A DNA stretch of 61,000 nt, taken from assembly GCA_012026655.1 (NCBI GenBank), contig JAAILG010001868.1, forward strand, positions 1 to 61,000. Direction: 5' to 3'. Shown one piece after another: positions 38,201-51,170 of this stretch. Both the position numbers and the translations under genes were made by a program. The notes under the pieces were generated by a model. It was given only the letters and a program-made list of their open reading frames with translations, searched no databases and had not been told where the DNA came from. Source of the stretch: Hydrolagus affinis. Lineage: Eukaryota. The stretch's first letter is position 1. Each line of letters opens with the position of its first letter.

Positions 38201-40412
38201 TACAATTTTAGTGCTACCTCCAATATTCTCCAGAATAAATGTGACATTTTGGTTGAATTGAATGGTTGCCAGAAGTGCACTTCAAAACTAGGCCTCCAAC
38301 AAGGCAAATAAACAAAAGTGAACACACACATCAGAAAACAATTAACAGCTTACTGTGCATGTAGTTTGCAAAATACAATAAATGCATATGGAACTCATTC
38401 ACAAGTATCCTGAGCCCTTTTAGTGCCTAGAATTTACACCATTTACTACAGTAAATTCTTTAGTTATTCAAAAGTGCCACTAAAAGCCATCATTACTTTA
38501 TTATTATACTCCATTCTTGATTTCTCAAAAACACTCCTTGCCAGCCTCCCTATTTCCACCATCCATATCCCCCACTCCAGCCTTCATCAAGGCTCTTTGT
38601 CCCCAATAATCTCAATCTTAGAATTCACAACTAAATAGAAATCACAGAAGGATATGAAGAACAGGACAAGAATCTTAAAATTAAATAATCTGAGGTATTC
38701 AGAATCCAATAAAGTTTGATGAGTAGGAAAGTTAATGCAGAAAGAACACTGGCTCACATTTCCGGGCCAGTTGGAAGTGTTTAAGACTCTGACGAGGGAA
38801 GCCAGAGACAAGAAGCACTGCAAAAATACATTCTTGTGACAAAAGGCATAGGTTGTGTGTGACGATAGTGGATGTGAGTACACTAATATTCATTCAGGCA
38901 CATCAGTTTACAGACAGCAGCAACCAGAAAAAGCTGAATAGGTGCATACAAGTGCAGGTATATACAAAATACTTGACAACAGCAAATGTGCAAATTTGTG
39001 GGATGCTCATAGGCTGTAGCTGACTATGAGCAAGAAGTAATACCTCAGTCTGTAACACCTTGAAACCTTAACCATCTTCTCCAGTTTCCCCTTAGTTATT
39101 GGATCTCTCCCTCCCTCTCCATTTTTGTTTAAACCTAAACTGTACTACTTATACTGAACTTCACATCTGCCTTCCAAAACATTTTACAATCTATTAAGAC
39201 TACATCAGCTTATATGATATTTTTAATATTCTCCTGAATTTCCCATCTCTCTATTCAATTCTGGCATCTGCCCCTTTCCCGTGATTGGTCCCTCAGCAAA
39301 ATGTTACTTATATGATAATTTCTTTTCTAGATTCTGTTTGAATAACAAAATTACATTTGTATAGCACCTTTCATATTGGGACGATAATATTAATAATCCT
39401 TACATTTATATAGCACTTTCCACATCTTATCACGTCTCAAAGCGCTTTGTCCCAAGGCGCTGGACATTCAGGGTTTTGGACCTGAGCTGGGGATCAGGAT
39501 CAGGAAGTTTGCAGGGCGGGGGGGTTGCAGGGAATAAGTGCACTCACAGATTGAGTGCACAGTCAAAGAGGAGGGTCTTGAGATGGGGTTTTGAAGGAGG
39601 AAAGTGAGGAGGCAAAGCAGTTAAGACTGCAGGATGGAGTTCCAGAGGCTGGGGGCAGAGTGGCTGAAGGGGGACTTGAAACAGGCCTGAGATCACTGAG
39701 CAGAAGGAATGGGCAGGCTGGTAGAGGGTTAGGAGGTCACAGCATTAAAGGGTAAGACCATGGAGGGTTCTGAAGGTGAGGGCCAAGATCTTGATCCTCT
39801 GTGATGAGAAGCCAGTGGATTTGAGTGAGGATGGGGTTATTAGGATCACAGAGCCTGATGCAGGAGAGTACACAGGCTGCAAATTCTGGATGATCTGCAA
39901 CCTATGGAATGAGGAGTTGGGTAGGCCCACAAGCAGGGAGTTTGCAAGACTGGATGCATGTATGTATATATGTATGTATGAGAGTCTTGGCGGCCTGCGG
40001 TGTGACAGTAGCAGAGCTGGACAATGTTGACAAAGTGGGGGAAGGTCATGGCGCGGATACTGGGATATTTGAGGTTCAAAGAAGACGCAAGGTTCCGGAG
40101 TGTTACTCAGTGAATTGGAGTGTGCATATTCTTGGACGGTGATATTGTCAGCGCCTGAGATGTAAACTGCAGTAAACCTGAAGAGTTTGGGTGGTGGGGT
40201 TCCGTAAGTTATTGATCAAAGGGGAACTGGTTTCTGGGCACACTCGAAACTTCAATCACAATTTATTGCTGTGAGCGAAAACAGCTTACCACAAATCCAA
40301 ATCCATTCTTCAAATCAATTTCCCTAATTCGTCCATATCCCCTGAAGAATTTCTCCACATTTTTCTCGGTGGCATAAGGGCTCAGTCTCCCGATGAACAC
40401 ACGGGCACTCAT
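32294..40412 (-). CDS. SRSF5: Serine/arginine-rich splicing factor 5-like, copy A (254 aa)
   Basis: Coding exons 40412-40290, 36502-36432, 36326-36231, 35662-35593, 34127-34054, 32877-32767, 32513-32294 total 765 nt, open frame, all GT-AG. RRM1 ([18 protein letters not shown]), RRM2 with SWQDLKD signature, RS domain. Probable non-coding exon 1 near 41070-41170. Confidence 0.93.
34255..34805 (-). other. Poison (PTC/NMD) alternative exon of SRSF5 copy A
   Basis: Acceptor ..ctttatttaccAG at 34806, donor GAAG|GTAAT at 34254. In-frame stop at 34725-34727 ([26 protein letters not shown]). Alignable with B and C while the flanking long intron is not. Position inside SWQ/DLKD matches the known conserved unproductive-splicing region of SRSF4/5/6. 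Confidence 0.85.
36675..37147. repeat. 40-bp inverted repeat (36675-36714 / 37108-37147, 1 mismatch)
   Basis: taaaaatacttcatgaagacattgtgagcaattcaaaaac versus gtttttgaattgctcacaatgtcttcatgaactattttta. Confidence 0.92.
37785..38150 (-). mobile_element. tRNA-derived SINE, long variant
   Basis: Same family with an extra internal segment (cttactgctagg..agag). Confidence 0.88.
39343..40170 (-). mobile_element. L2 LINE 3' fragment with nested SINE tail, intron of SRSF5 copy A
   Basis: [31 protein letters not shown] motifs; similar to the 26700-27790 copy. Confidence 0.85.
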
Positions 40413-40779
40413 TTTCTTCCGACAATAATGTTGCAACTGGTGAAAGGAAACAAAAAACAATTCCTCTCTTATCAAGCACTTAACCTCAGGGGACAAAATC
40501 CCATGAAAGAAAGAATCTTTTTTACTAAATAAAAAGCAAATTCCCTAAGAATAATTTTTAAACAAAAAGCAATTTCCGATGATTTAACTCTCGACCACAT
40601 GGCCCCTGGGAGATCACAGGAGAGCCTCCTCCAATTCAGGCAGCTGTAGTAATACCTGGACCCCCTCTGGTCCGACCCCTTCGCTATCGGGGAATTCATT
40701 ATCCCCCCCCTCCCAACGGGAGCAGAGCGCACCCTCCTCCCAACTCCCATCAGAACGCAGTAGTAGAAGTTTCTTGCAC

Positions 40780-41230
40780 ACGAAAAGGTCTAACGCAGTT
40801 TCCTCCCCCTGGGCGTTTTTGGTTTAAAAATAGAAACCGAACGAACAAAGCCGCCATTCTCTGTCTCTCCCACTCACTCACTCACCCCCGGAGGGAGAAC
40901 TGCCGCGACGATTCACTCGGCCCACACTCAGGCCGAGCTCGGGAGGGTCTTTGAGGCCAAACTCTAACCCCCCACCTCCCCCCGCCCCCCCACCTCGCCT
41001 CGGTCTATCTGCCTGGCCTGACGGTTTCTTTTCCCGTTAGCATTTGGGATTCTGCCGCCGCGCCTTCTACCTGCTGGATCGGATCCTGCGATGAAAAACG
41101 GCGCCGCCACTGAAAGAGAGAGCGAGAGCTCAACAACACCTCACCTCAAAATGGAGCCCGACCCCACCGACCGTCACTCGGCAACCGGCCAGGATGCGTC
41201 ACTTCCGGCATCTTGAGCACCCCCCCCTCC
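40780..41230 (-). promoter_or_regulatory. CpG-rich promoter / non-coding exon 1 of SRSF5 copy A with overlapping ETS-CRE motif
   Basis: CpG-rich segment. Minus strand reads CCGGAAGTGACGCA at about 41195-41208; YY1-like AAAATGG near 41147; CAG|GTAG donor near 41070. Confidence 0.7.
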
Positions 41231-44200
41231 CATTCAATGAGATGAGAATCACCATGGAAACGGTGTTCCCACAGGCTGGCCTGTGTCCCCCCCCTCCGTC
41301 ATATACACACAGGTCAAAGCATGTCACACCATCATGATTATACACAGACCAGATGGTGCAATTCTTACACGCAGGATACATCATGCTAGACTACACAGAA
41401 CATGCTACAGACAGGATAATCTACAACAACTTGAGTTGATGTAGCACCAGTGTGTTAGACACGTTACACACAGGATCATGCACAGAGGATTAAAGTATTT
41501 ACACGGGATCAGGCCAGTGTTGTACACTTTACAGAAGATAACAACAAAATGACATTTATAGACCGCCTTTTACATCAGATGGACATCCCAAGGCACTGAT
41601 AACCTGTTACATATGGGCTAAAATGCAGCATTGCTACACAATATTACGCGGGCTGATGTATTTTTCAACACAGGAAGCACGAGTACTGTATACTGAACGG
41701 GAGAATGTGCAGGTACAAAATATGCTCATTCCAAAGCATAATTTATGTTAAAGAGGATAATGCACAGAATGTTACATCGGTAAGTAATTTGTTAGCCTTT
41801 GTTCCATCTATATATCGGCTATTGTGCAATGTACAGCCAACACTATTATAACTGTAGGAGTAATATTGATCAGCATTCCAAAGCCTAGTTGCAAAGCCAC
41901 CCAGAATTGTTCCAAAATGTCATACAAAGATCCCTGCTGAAATGTGCGTATGTGTGCCACTGATATGACCTGCCCTTTCTGATCTGTTAAGACTCCACTC
42001 CAAATGACGCACTCAACTTGTACACTCCATCCTACTTCATCCCTGCATTTGATTAGGCACGCTTCACAACAAATTGCCTCAAAGCACTCCCTAGATTTAC
42101 TATTTTGCAGGCAAATACCTAGCTATGTTCCAAGGAAATTTGGAAATGGACCGTGTTCGTTCACATGCTTGTTTGCCTTTGCATTTATAAATCAGTGAAA
42201 CCATGCTGTTCCATATTTTGCAATCATTCACCGCCTTGGGATGTCCTCTCAACATGAAAGGCACTTTACAAATGTAATTTTTTTTGTTGTCCATTTTGGG
42301 AGGCACAAAATACACAAGTCTCACCCTTGGTTTGATTCAAGTCCTCTTCAATCTTAAATTTATCACTAAATTCAAACTAATTGGAAACATCTCTATAGTG
42401 TGCTGCTAACTCATTAAACTGTCCTATTTAACAGCATTCACTCAATTTCTAGCAGCTACTTCTTTTTTAAAATCAGGACCTCGAGAGGTTCATCTTTAAA
42501 TTAATATAATATAAATGGAAAGGAGTAATTTATTTTGGATAGATTAATGTGAACTCAGGACCTTTGCTTTTACCATGTCCTATCTCAACAGTTTCTCCTT
42601 ATGTGTGCTTTGTTTCAAAATTTCACAGCAAAGGCCAGAGCCATCAACTTATTGCTTTAGTCTCCCTTGCTCCACCTATTCTTTTTATACTGTATAAATA
42701 CTTGCTGGTTAGTTGATGGTTGGTGGGTGGGTGGAGAGAGAGAGAAAAAAAGAACTTACCTCATACCATCTTTTCTCTACCACATTACTGGAAACTAGAC
42801 TATTAGCACTGCAAGAGCAACCATGGTGGGGGAGGAGGTTCTTTATCTGATTTATAAAAATACATAGTGCAAAGAAATCTAAGTGTTTTCTGGTAGGAAG
42901 CAGAAGAGGTCTCAGGTATATGTGATTGCACACAGGATGAGTTATGCAAGTTTTATTATAATAACAATCGTTGCATTTCATTTAATGCTTTTCACATCTT
43001 TTCGACGTCTCAAAGAGCTTCACAAAATTTAGTGCAAAGTGAATTGATTGTATATTTGCGGGTGAAATGTTGCAGTATGTTTTACTGCATATACACATGA
43101 TTAACAAATCCTATCAACACTTAAAACAATGTGCGTTTATAAAGAATAAATCCATCCAATCCAGTTGTTAAAGAATAAAAGCCTTACCAAAGAAGCCACT
43201 GATCAGGCAAGCTAGCTTCAAGCCAAACAGCCTGCAGCAATGGGCCACAATTATTTAGGATTTTCCCATAATAAACTGCCAGAATGGCATGAAGGGCTTT
43301 ATGTCAGAATATTATTTTATGTGCATGCTTTTTGTGTGGAAAGTTGCTTTACTGCCACCTCTGCCTTTGAAAATCTGGCAGAAAACAAGGACGTTTCCAA
43401 ATAATGCCTCTTTCAGCATGATCAACAATTGTATCCCAGTAGTTGGAATTAGTTTGCCAACAAAGTAACAAAAAAGGTACAAGTAGGCGTTTGCGGGTCT
43501 CAAAAGCTGAAATCCTATATGGCGACTCGTGTTGCAGGATGACACTCCAGTACTGTATTGGGTGGGGCACTGAATTGGAGATACAAGAGTGAATGTGGAG
43601 AAACCTACATTTACTCCAGAAAGATCATCCAGTCTCCATGCTAACTCATCTCAGTTCTTGAGCAGAAACAAGAGACAAGCATCAAGCAACAATCACTAGA
43701 AATTTCAAGTTCCAATACTTATGAAAGTATTTATATGGATTTATATGTATCTATATGGATCTATTAAAGTAGGTGAATTTCCAACTGACTGCCATAATCA
43801 GCATTTGATTATTCACCACGGTAAAAGTGTTGTTTCAAGTGCACCTTCTGCCCAGTTTGATGTACCAAACTACCACATATTTCCTGCCACGAGCCCCAGA
43901 TAGTGCACCATCTGTATTGAGAGCCAATAGTCAAGCAGGTGATGTGTAGTGTAAGAAACTCTACTAAAGTTCATTCTCTGAAGCATAGCCTCAGAAAATT
44001 GCAGATACTCGATTTGCATTGATGGCTCCACCACTGTTAAGCACCCGAGACACCACCTGGTGTGGAGGGCACTATAAAAGTGCAGTTCTCAGAAGTCAAC
44101 AGGATCACTTCTATTGTAAAACCTCAATAATTCGGCCTGGTCAGGACCACATACCTCCCGCATTTCAGTTTGCTGGTATTTAGAATATTGGGCCAACACA

Positions 44201-44692
44201 GCCAAGCTCTTTGGAAAACTGGTCCAATGAGCACTCAACCACATAAAATGTTTTGTACATTTACCCAGTGATCCAATTGTAAGGATCATGTGACTGTGTA
44301 GAGCCCAGGTAAATACAGAAATATGAACATGCACAATATTTGTGCAAGATTAAAACACCACAAAAAAGAATTTCATACCATTGCATTTAATGCTACATTT
44401 ATTTAAAATCAATGTCAGCAAATCAGCAAAGGATGAGAATGTTAATAAATCAATGTTGGATAAACAAGCACAGATTAAGTGGAGAAAGAAATGACCATTT
44501 TCTGAATATAAATCTGAACTATACAAGAACACTATAGTCAAAAGGACTTTGAGGACTATACCTTCTCTGGATGAAGTAAACAAATTAAGGTTTGTATTGT
44601 TTAGCAGAAATTCACCACATCCGACTTACCATATTTTAAATCAACTTTCACTCACTTGGGCAAAAGTCCACTTTATGACATTAACATACTGC

Positions 44693-47600
44693 TTAATCTG
44701 CACTTTCAACTGAGGGTGATCGGGAACGAGACTTTGACCGAGACCGGGTTCGAGATCTTGCATGCTCCACTGAAGCGGATTTCGCAGGCGATGGTGAACC
44801 GGCTTTTTGTTCCTTGGCTGGAGCAGGCGATCTGCTACGAGACCGGGATTTACTACGGCTCCTACTCCTGGATCTACTCTTTGATCTAGTGTAGGACCTA
44901 CGGCTCCTAGAACGAGATCGACTGCGAGATCTGGAAGAGCTACGGCTACGGGAACGAGATCTGCTGCGAGACCTGAAAAACAAAGTACAGAATAATTAAA
45001 GCTAAAATAAGAAATGTGTTATATCACTAAATTGTTGCAAAATCCTGATCGTGCATTAACTCATCCTTTGTGCATTAACTCATCCTGTTAAGTTGGTGGG
45101 CAAGCTGTAGCAAGATACTTAAGACATGAATATGCAAATCATGGGAATTTGAATTGGCACTTGAATAACCTACAAAAACCCAATAAAATTTTGTGAATCG
45201 AACACCAAATTAGACTAATAACCAGATAGAATATCCATTTACCTGCCCTGCTTGCGTTCTTCAACAAGTCTGATCCTCCTTCCATTGAGTTCTGTACCCG
45301 AGAGTTTGTCAAGAGCATTCTTCAAATCACTGTACGAGGCAAACTCAACAATTCTGGAAGGAAAAACGTAGAAAAACCTTGCTGCAAAAGTAACATTTGT
45401 AAGAATAACAGCTTGTATTGCAAGTGACCAATGAGATTTGGGAGGGCAAAACAGACAAATCTGGTCACATAACTTTTTACAGTACTGTATTCAAATATTG
45501 AAATGGTAGCTTCCAATTTCTAACTAATAAACTAAGTTTATTGCAGAGAAGTGAGGTGATGCATTTTTGGAGGAAGCATGAGTAGCAGCAATGTACACTA
45601 AATGGGAGCAGATAAGCACAAGCAGAAAAGGGGTAGGGAAAGAAAGATCAAGGAAAAAATTAAGTGGCGCACTGAAGATGAGTTGTTGATGAATCAAAAC
45701 AAAAGAAGGCAATAGTGGGAGGTTATAGAAAGAAAAGATGCATCAAAAACCCAGACAATGTTTGAATGGTCATAGAAGACGAATGAGGGGGAGGCTAGGC
45801 TGAGAAGATGGTTCTAAGGGGTTCAAATCAATATTGAGGTAAGAGAATGTGTCAAGGAGATAGGTGACCTTACAGCCCACTGGCCTCAACATTGATTTTA
45901 ACCACTTCAAACCTTAAACAATCTCCAATCTTTTCTAAGTCTTAAAGCGCTCTGATACGCCGTCCGGAGTGGAGGGCGCTATATGAATCAAAGTTGTTGT
46001 TGTTGTAAGCCCTGCCTGCCCCTTCCCCTTTAACCATTCACAGATCAAGCAAAACTGTCTCAACTAATGCATGGGTTGGTAACCAGGGTACACAGATCTA
46101 AGATAATTGACAAAAACACCAGAGGGGAGATGAGACTATTTTCCTCCCCCCCAAAAAATAAGAGCTGTTAAATTGGAGCGGATTGTGGAAATATTCAATA
46201 ACTCAAAAAGGAATTGGATAGGTACTTGAAAAGGAAAAATTTGCAAGGACATGAGGAAAGAGCAGGTGAGTGGGACCGATTGGGTAGCTCTTCAAAAGAG
46301 CCAGGAAAGGCACGATGAGCCAAACGGCTTCCGTCTGTGCATTCATTTTCCACTATTATACGTATTTGGCTCACCAATCAAGCAGCTATATTAATGGTAC
46401 ATTAAACTTAAAAACTTCAATTTAACGCAGAGATGCTCGTTTAGTATTTAGCATCCTTGCCCCAAAGGCATTTCCTAATTGAAGATTAAAACATTAGTCA
46501 GCAACACACATCTACTATCCATTTAGTAAGTTACAAGTAATATTTGGCAGGCAATATATTTGTCATGTACAACCACTTTTGTTAATCAGCAGATAGTGTC
46601 ATTTAGATGAGCAACAATTCCAAGCATCTAAATACAAGTTAACATGTTCCTACACCTTACCCTTCATTCAGTTTGTGTCTGTGTGCATCCGCAAAGGTAA
46701 CCTCTCCAGCCTGCCTCATGAAATCTTTCAGATCCTATGTAAAACGAGATCAGTTAGTTAAAAAGTAGTTATTTTCCAATATACTAGTTATTTTCCAATA
46801 TACTACATCATTGGAAAAGAATTTTTTTAAAAGCAATTCTAATGGCATCAAAATTTATATTACCTTCCTGTACAATTCCCTAGGCTATTCACCCAGCCAA
46901 ATGCAAAAGCCTTTGTAGAGGCACCACCACGACTGGAGATCAGATAGTGCTCTTCACCACCCACTTGACCGCTGCTACCCATTCGATGCGAGCCTTCCCG
47001 GAACATCACCCTCCCTTAAAGACAGACTCTGGCATTGCTATAAGAACAAGCACTGCTACTCTTGCGCCATTTCCAAGGACTCCTCACCTCATTCCAATCG
47101 AGCTTCCAACCAACCCAACTAGCGAATTTCTCCCATCTTTCAATCAAGGACCTCATTTTAGAGTGGGCTCTCAGAGCTTGACTTTAGGACACCTTGTTAC
47201 CAGCGTTTTCGGCGTGCAGCAAGGAACACTGGCACTAAACCAGTGCCCACCCGTGAAGGTCAGACCACACACAGATCTAGATCACCAATTGACTGAAACG
47301 TAGGAGCGGATTGGCATTTCAACTAGGCCCATCAAGAGACCAAGCCAGATCGATTAGGAAAACCAACGGCACTCCTCGTCACAAGGCCAACGACATAACG
47401 AGAGGCTGGTAAATAAAGGTTTTAACACTTGGTTAAATTTTGTAAACATTTAAACACGAAACCAAACAAATTTCACACTCAAGGCTTTCAAGGTCAATAG
47501 ATATACAATATCTTTTTTAAAAAAGGTTAGCTACTCAACATGGAGCAGTATTTAGTAAAAATATCAAAACTGACACTTTACTGTGAAACAACTGAAACTC

Positions 47601-50600
47601 AAAAAAATTGATGACAGTAAGACACTCACTATCTTGAAACTATTTTCTGGTTTCTCAAAAAAAAAATTTGATCAGGTTTCTCGGTGCCACTCACCATTCC
47701 CCTTCTGAGAGTAGGCTGACCAACAACTTCTTGCCATTAATATTGAGAGCAGGCATGTGGGTGTCTAAGATGCTGGTGACCTTCCCTCTTTAAGAAGTGA
47801 CTGCCCACCCCCACCCAAAATCATCTAAGAAGCTTGCCTCGCCTGTGGGGGAGAATTCACACTCGTTCCAATTTCCACCTATTTCTCTCTGTACTTCCCC
47901 AAGCAACAGACAGTGATTCTCAATAGTATACAGTATTAGATCACATTCTTAAAAGCTCAATGTCTAGGTTCTGAGGGCAAAGCAATTCAGGGCACAAGAT
48001 AACCCATCACTTTTTTGAAGTTTTCCAAAATAGTGACTTTAAATGTTTGCAATACCTATTTTCTTCCTTTTGTAAGTAAACAGGACTGAAAACATTTAAA
48101 AGGAAACAAATGTTTAATGGATTCTACAAAAGACAATCCTAAAATGCTAATTTGAACTTTCACCACTATCAATAAAGCTAGTCTACAGCAATCACAGCTC
48201 CACCTTAAGAATTTCTGTACCATTTTACATTTTTTTTACAGTAGAGGAGCACAAATTTTTCCTGTTAATTGCTTTAAAACTTTTTTTAGTAGCCTAAAGG
48301 TTCAGTAAATAGCCTTTCCTCTGATGCTTTCCATCTTTTGTTTAAGTTTTTTTAATTATAAAAAAAGCATTTTAATCGAGTCAACTATAAAGAATGCAAG
48401 TTTCCCTTGTGAGTTCCTCCATATCCCAATCTAGAATATTACCTTACTCACAACTATCTATTCCTTGGTTCTCTCACCAAAAAGAATGTTAAATGGTAAA
48501 TTCTGAGCAGTTACTTACTTACCTTCATTAAAGAAACCCCCTGCCACCAAAAAACTAATCTCAAAATATATTCAATTGTCACTGATTGCATTGCTGGCAC
48601 AAGTTGACAGCCATATTTGCCTACATAAGTCACTGCATACAGAATACTACATACACCGCAAAGTACTTTGACATGCTGAAGCACTATTTGAAATATATAT
48701 TTGAAGTATTTGATTTGGTAAGAGGGAAAAGGCTAGCACATGAGCTCACTAGCTTAAGCAATTCAGGAAGACATCACACTTGTGTGGCCTTCACTGTAAA
48801 TTGAGGCTTAAGTAACCTTGAAAGCTTTATTCACATTTCATTGCAACAGAATTCAGTTTTAGTTGAAATTAATGAATGATCATCTTATTTCACAAAAAAA
48901 AACAATGTAACGTTACATACCTGCCAGCTAACTTTGGAAGATAAGTTCTCAACAATCACTCGGTTTTCTGTACGAATGGGAGGCCCATTTCTGAAAACAA
49001 AAGTGCAAGCTACATATAACAAATCACATTTATATAGTTCCTTTTACATAGGGCAACATCTCAAAGATATGTGGCAATGTCAATTAAGAGACAAAGTAGG
49101 CACCGATACAATAACAACAAAATGACATTGGTATAGCATATTTAATGTCCCAAGGCGCTGGATAGACAGTATTCCGAATCCAAGATGGGGATAGGGATTG
49201 ATGAGGGAAGCAGGCAAGGGGGGAAAAAAGACATGGATCGAAAGCAAAGTCAAAGAGGGCCTTGAGGTGGGTCTTGGAGGCAATGGATGGCCAAGGTGGA
49301 GGAACTGCAGGATGGAATTAGAAGGTGGGAGCAGAGAAGCTGAAGGCTCGCCCCTGCCAATGGTGGGATGGGTGAGGCAGGGGACACGAAGTAGGCTAGA
49401 GTCCAAAGAGCTGAGGGAGCAGGAAGGATAGTAGGGGGTTAGGAGATCGCAGGTAGGGGGAGCACGGCCATGGAGGGCTTTGAAGGCAAGGATCAGGATC
49501 TTAAAGCCCTCCATGGCCTTGCCCCGCCTTACCTCTGCAACCTCCTAACCCCCTACCAACCTGCCCGCTCCCTCCACCCAGTCAACTCCATCCTGCTCCA
49601 TCTCCCCGACCCAGACTCCCCTCGATAGTCAAGCTATCAGCCATTCTGCCACCAACCTCTGGAATTCCAGCCCACAATCCTTCCGCCTCACCCCTTTCCT
49701 CGCCCCTTTTAAGTCCCACCTGAAGACCCTCCTCTTCGAAGAGATGCCATCCAGCGTGAAGGGCGCTATATAAATCAAAGTTGTTGTTGTTTGAAAGGCG
49801 CAACACGAATGTCATTTTGTTGTTGTTCATACTGTTCACAAATCTTTTATTATAAAATGCCCAGAGAACTAAACTCACCTTCCTCCACTTCGAGTCCAAC
49901 TTTGATTAAATCGACCTTGAAATCGTCCTCGTCTTCCACTGCCACGAGTTCTAGCGTGTTCAACTGTAACTCTGAAGAAACAAATTGTCAATGCCTGCAA
50001 GACTAAAGGCACAATCAAATACAATGGAGAGCTAATTAGCCACACTAATGGTGAAAAGGAAACCATGGGGATAACTGGTTGTCACAAGATACAAAATAGC
50101 TCTAATGCTAACCCAAAACAGGAATTACACAGGCACTAGTGCCAAACTGTCAACTCAATTTTTCTCTTTAAACTTTCTGCATCTTTCTACTTCACATTTC
50201 TTCTCTCCATTTGACCGTCTTATCTCTCTCAACCAACTACTGTACCAACTAACTTTTGCAGGCTCGTCACTAAGATTTATATCAGAGTAGCATGAAATAC
50301 CTACCTACTTACAGATACAACATATTCCTAGTAATCTTGCAAACACAAATGCAACTAGTTATGACGGTTATATGACATGACCCCATTACTCCCACCATCG
50401 TCCGGCTCCATTGGCTGCCCATCTTCCAGAGGATCGAATTCAAGATCGTCGTCCTCACTTTCAAAGCCATTCATGACCCTTCCTATCTCTGCGACCTGCT
50501 GCCTCAACCTGTCTGCCTTTTCTGTTCAGCTCCATTTCTCCCACCTGACCCACCCTACCATCGGTAGCCGAGCTTTCAGCCTCTCTTCCCTCACACTCTG

Positions 50601-51170
50601 GAACTCCATCCCAACATGAAAGACACCTTATAAATGTCATTTTGTTATTGTATTGCAACCCCAGGTTTAATTCTGCATTCAGAATTCAATGCGGATAAGT
50701 GGACATGTAGATAACAGTTTACCAATCAGCAGTGTTCTAATTTTAGATAATGAAATCTAACCTTTCATTGCACAACTCTTTTCCATCCAATTCATAAACT
50801 GCATCATCAGCATCTCTGTAATCTTCAAACTCCTGAAAGAAAAAATAAGATATGCTTTCATGCCACCATAGAGTAAAGCTGATAAATTTCCTCTAACCAT
50901 AATTTATACTAGAAAATGTCTCTCTTCTAAGTAATCTGGAAAGGAAACTTGTACATCTTCAGACAGCGGCTATAATATTAAATGCTGCAAAATGTTACTA
51001 AATTAAATAAGTCTGGCTTGGCTATTATACATTAAAAAAAAACTCACCACAAATCCAAAGCCATTTTTCAAATCAATCTCTTTAATTCGTCCATATCCTT
51101 TAAAGAATTTCTCCACTTTTTGTTCAGTGGCATAAGGGCTCAATCGCCCAATGAATACACGGGAGCTCAT
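44693..51170 (-). CDS. SRSF5: Serine/arginine-rich splicing factor 5-like, copy B (273 aa)
   Basis: Coding exons 51170-51048, 50832-50762, 49971-49879, 48990-48921, 46734-46661, 45353-45243, 44972-44693 total 822 nt, open frame, GT-AG. Same RRM-RRM(SWQDLKD)-RS architecture. Non-coding exon 1 ends at a CAG|GTAAG donor at 52863. Confidence 0.93.
46040..46360 (+). mobile_element. CR1-type LINE 3' fragment
   Basis: aaaaggaattggataggtacttg..gagccag..cacgatgagccaaacggcttcc; related decayed reverse copy near 22380-22660. Confidence 0.7.
46864..47405 (-). other. Poison (PTC/NMD) alternative exon of SRSF5 copy B
   Basis: Same acceptor and donor as copy A; reads PLVMSLAL*. Confidence 0.85.
49110..49826. 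mobile_element. Two L2 3' fragments joined in opposite orientation (- 49110-49500, + 49501-49790)
   Basis: ggccatggagggctttgaa versus ttaaagccctccatggcc across the junction; L2 tails at both outer ends. Confidence 0.8.
50385..50652 (+). mobile_element. L2 3' fragment in an intron of SRSF5 copy B
   Basis: LHWLP..RIEFKI..LTFKAIH-type sequence followed by an L2 tail. Confidence 0.8.

Noticed and set aside
46765-46805. 19-bp direct duplication; similar short duplications at 45050-45086 and 58596-58625
   Set aside because: Ordinary slippage duplications confined to single copies; no sign of function.
46947-47303. Similar plus-strand ORFs at 34335, 46947 and 57781 suggesting an antisense gene
   Set aside because: They are antisense to the conserved poison exons, and their frames and lengths are not conserved between copies.
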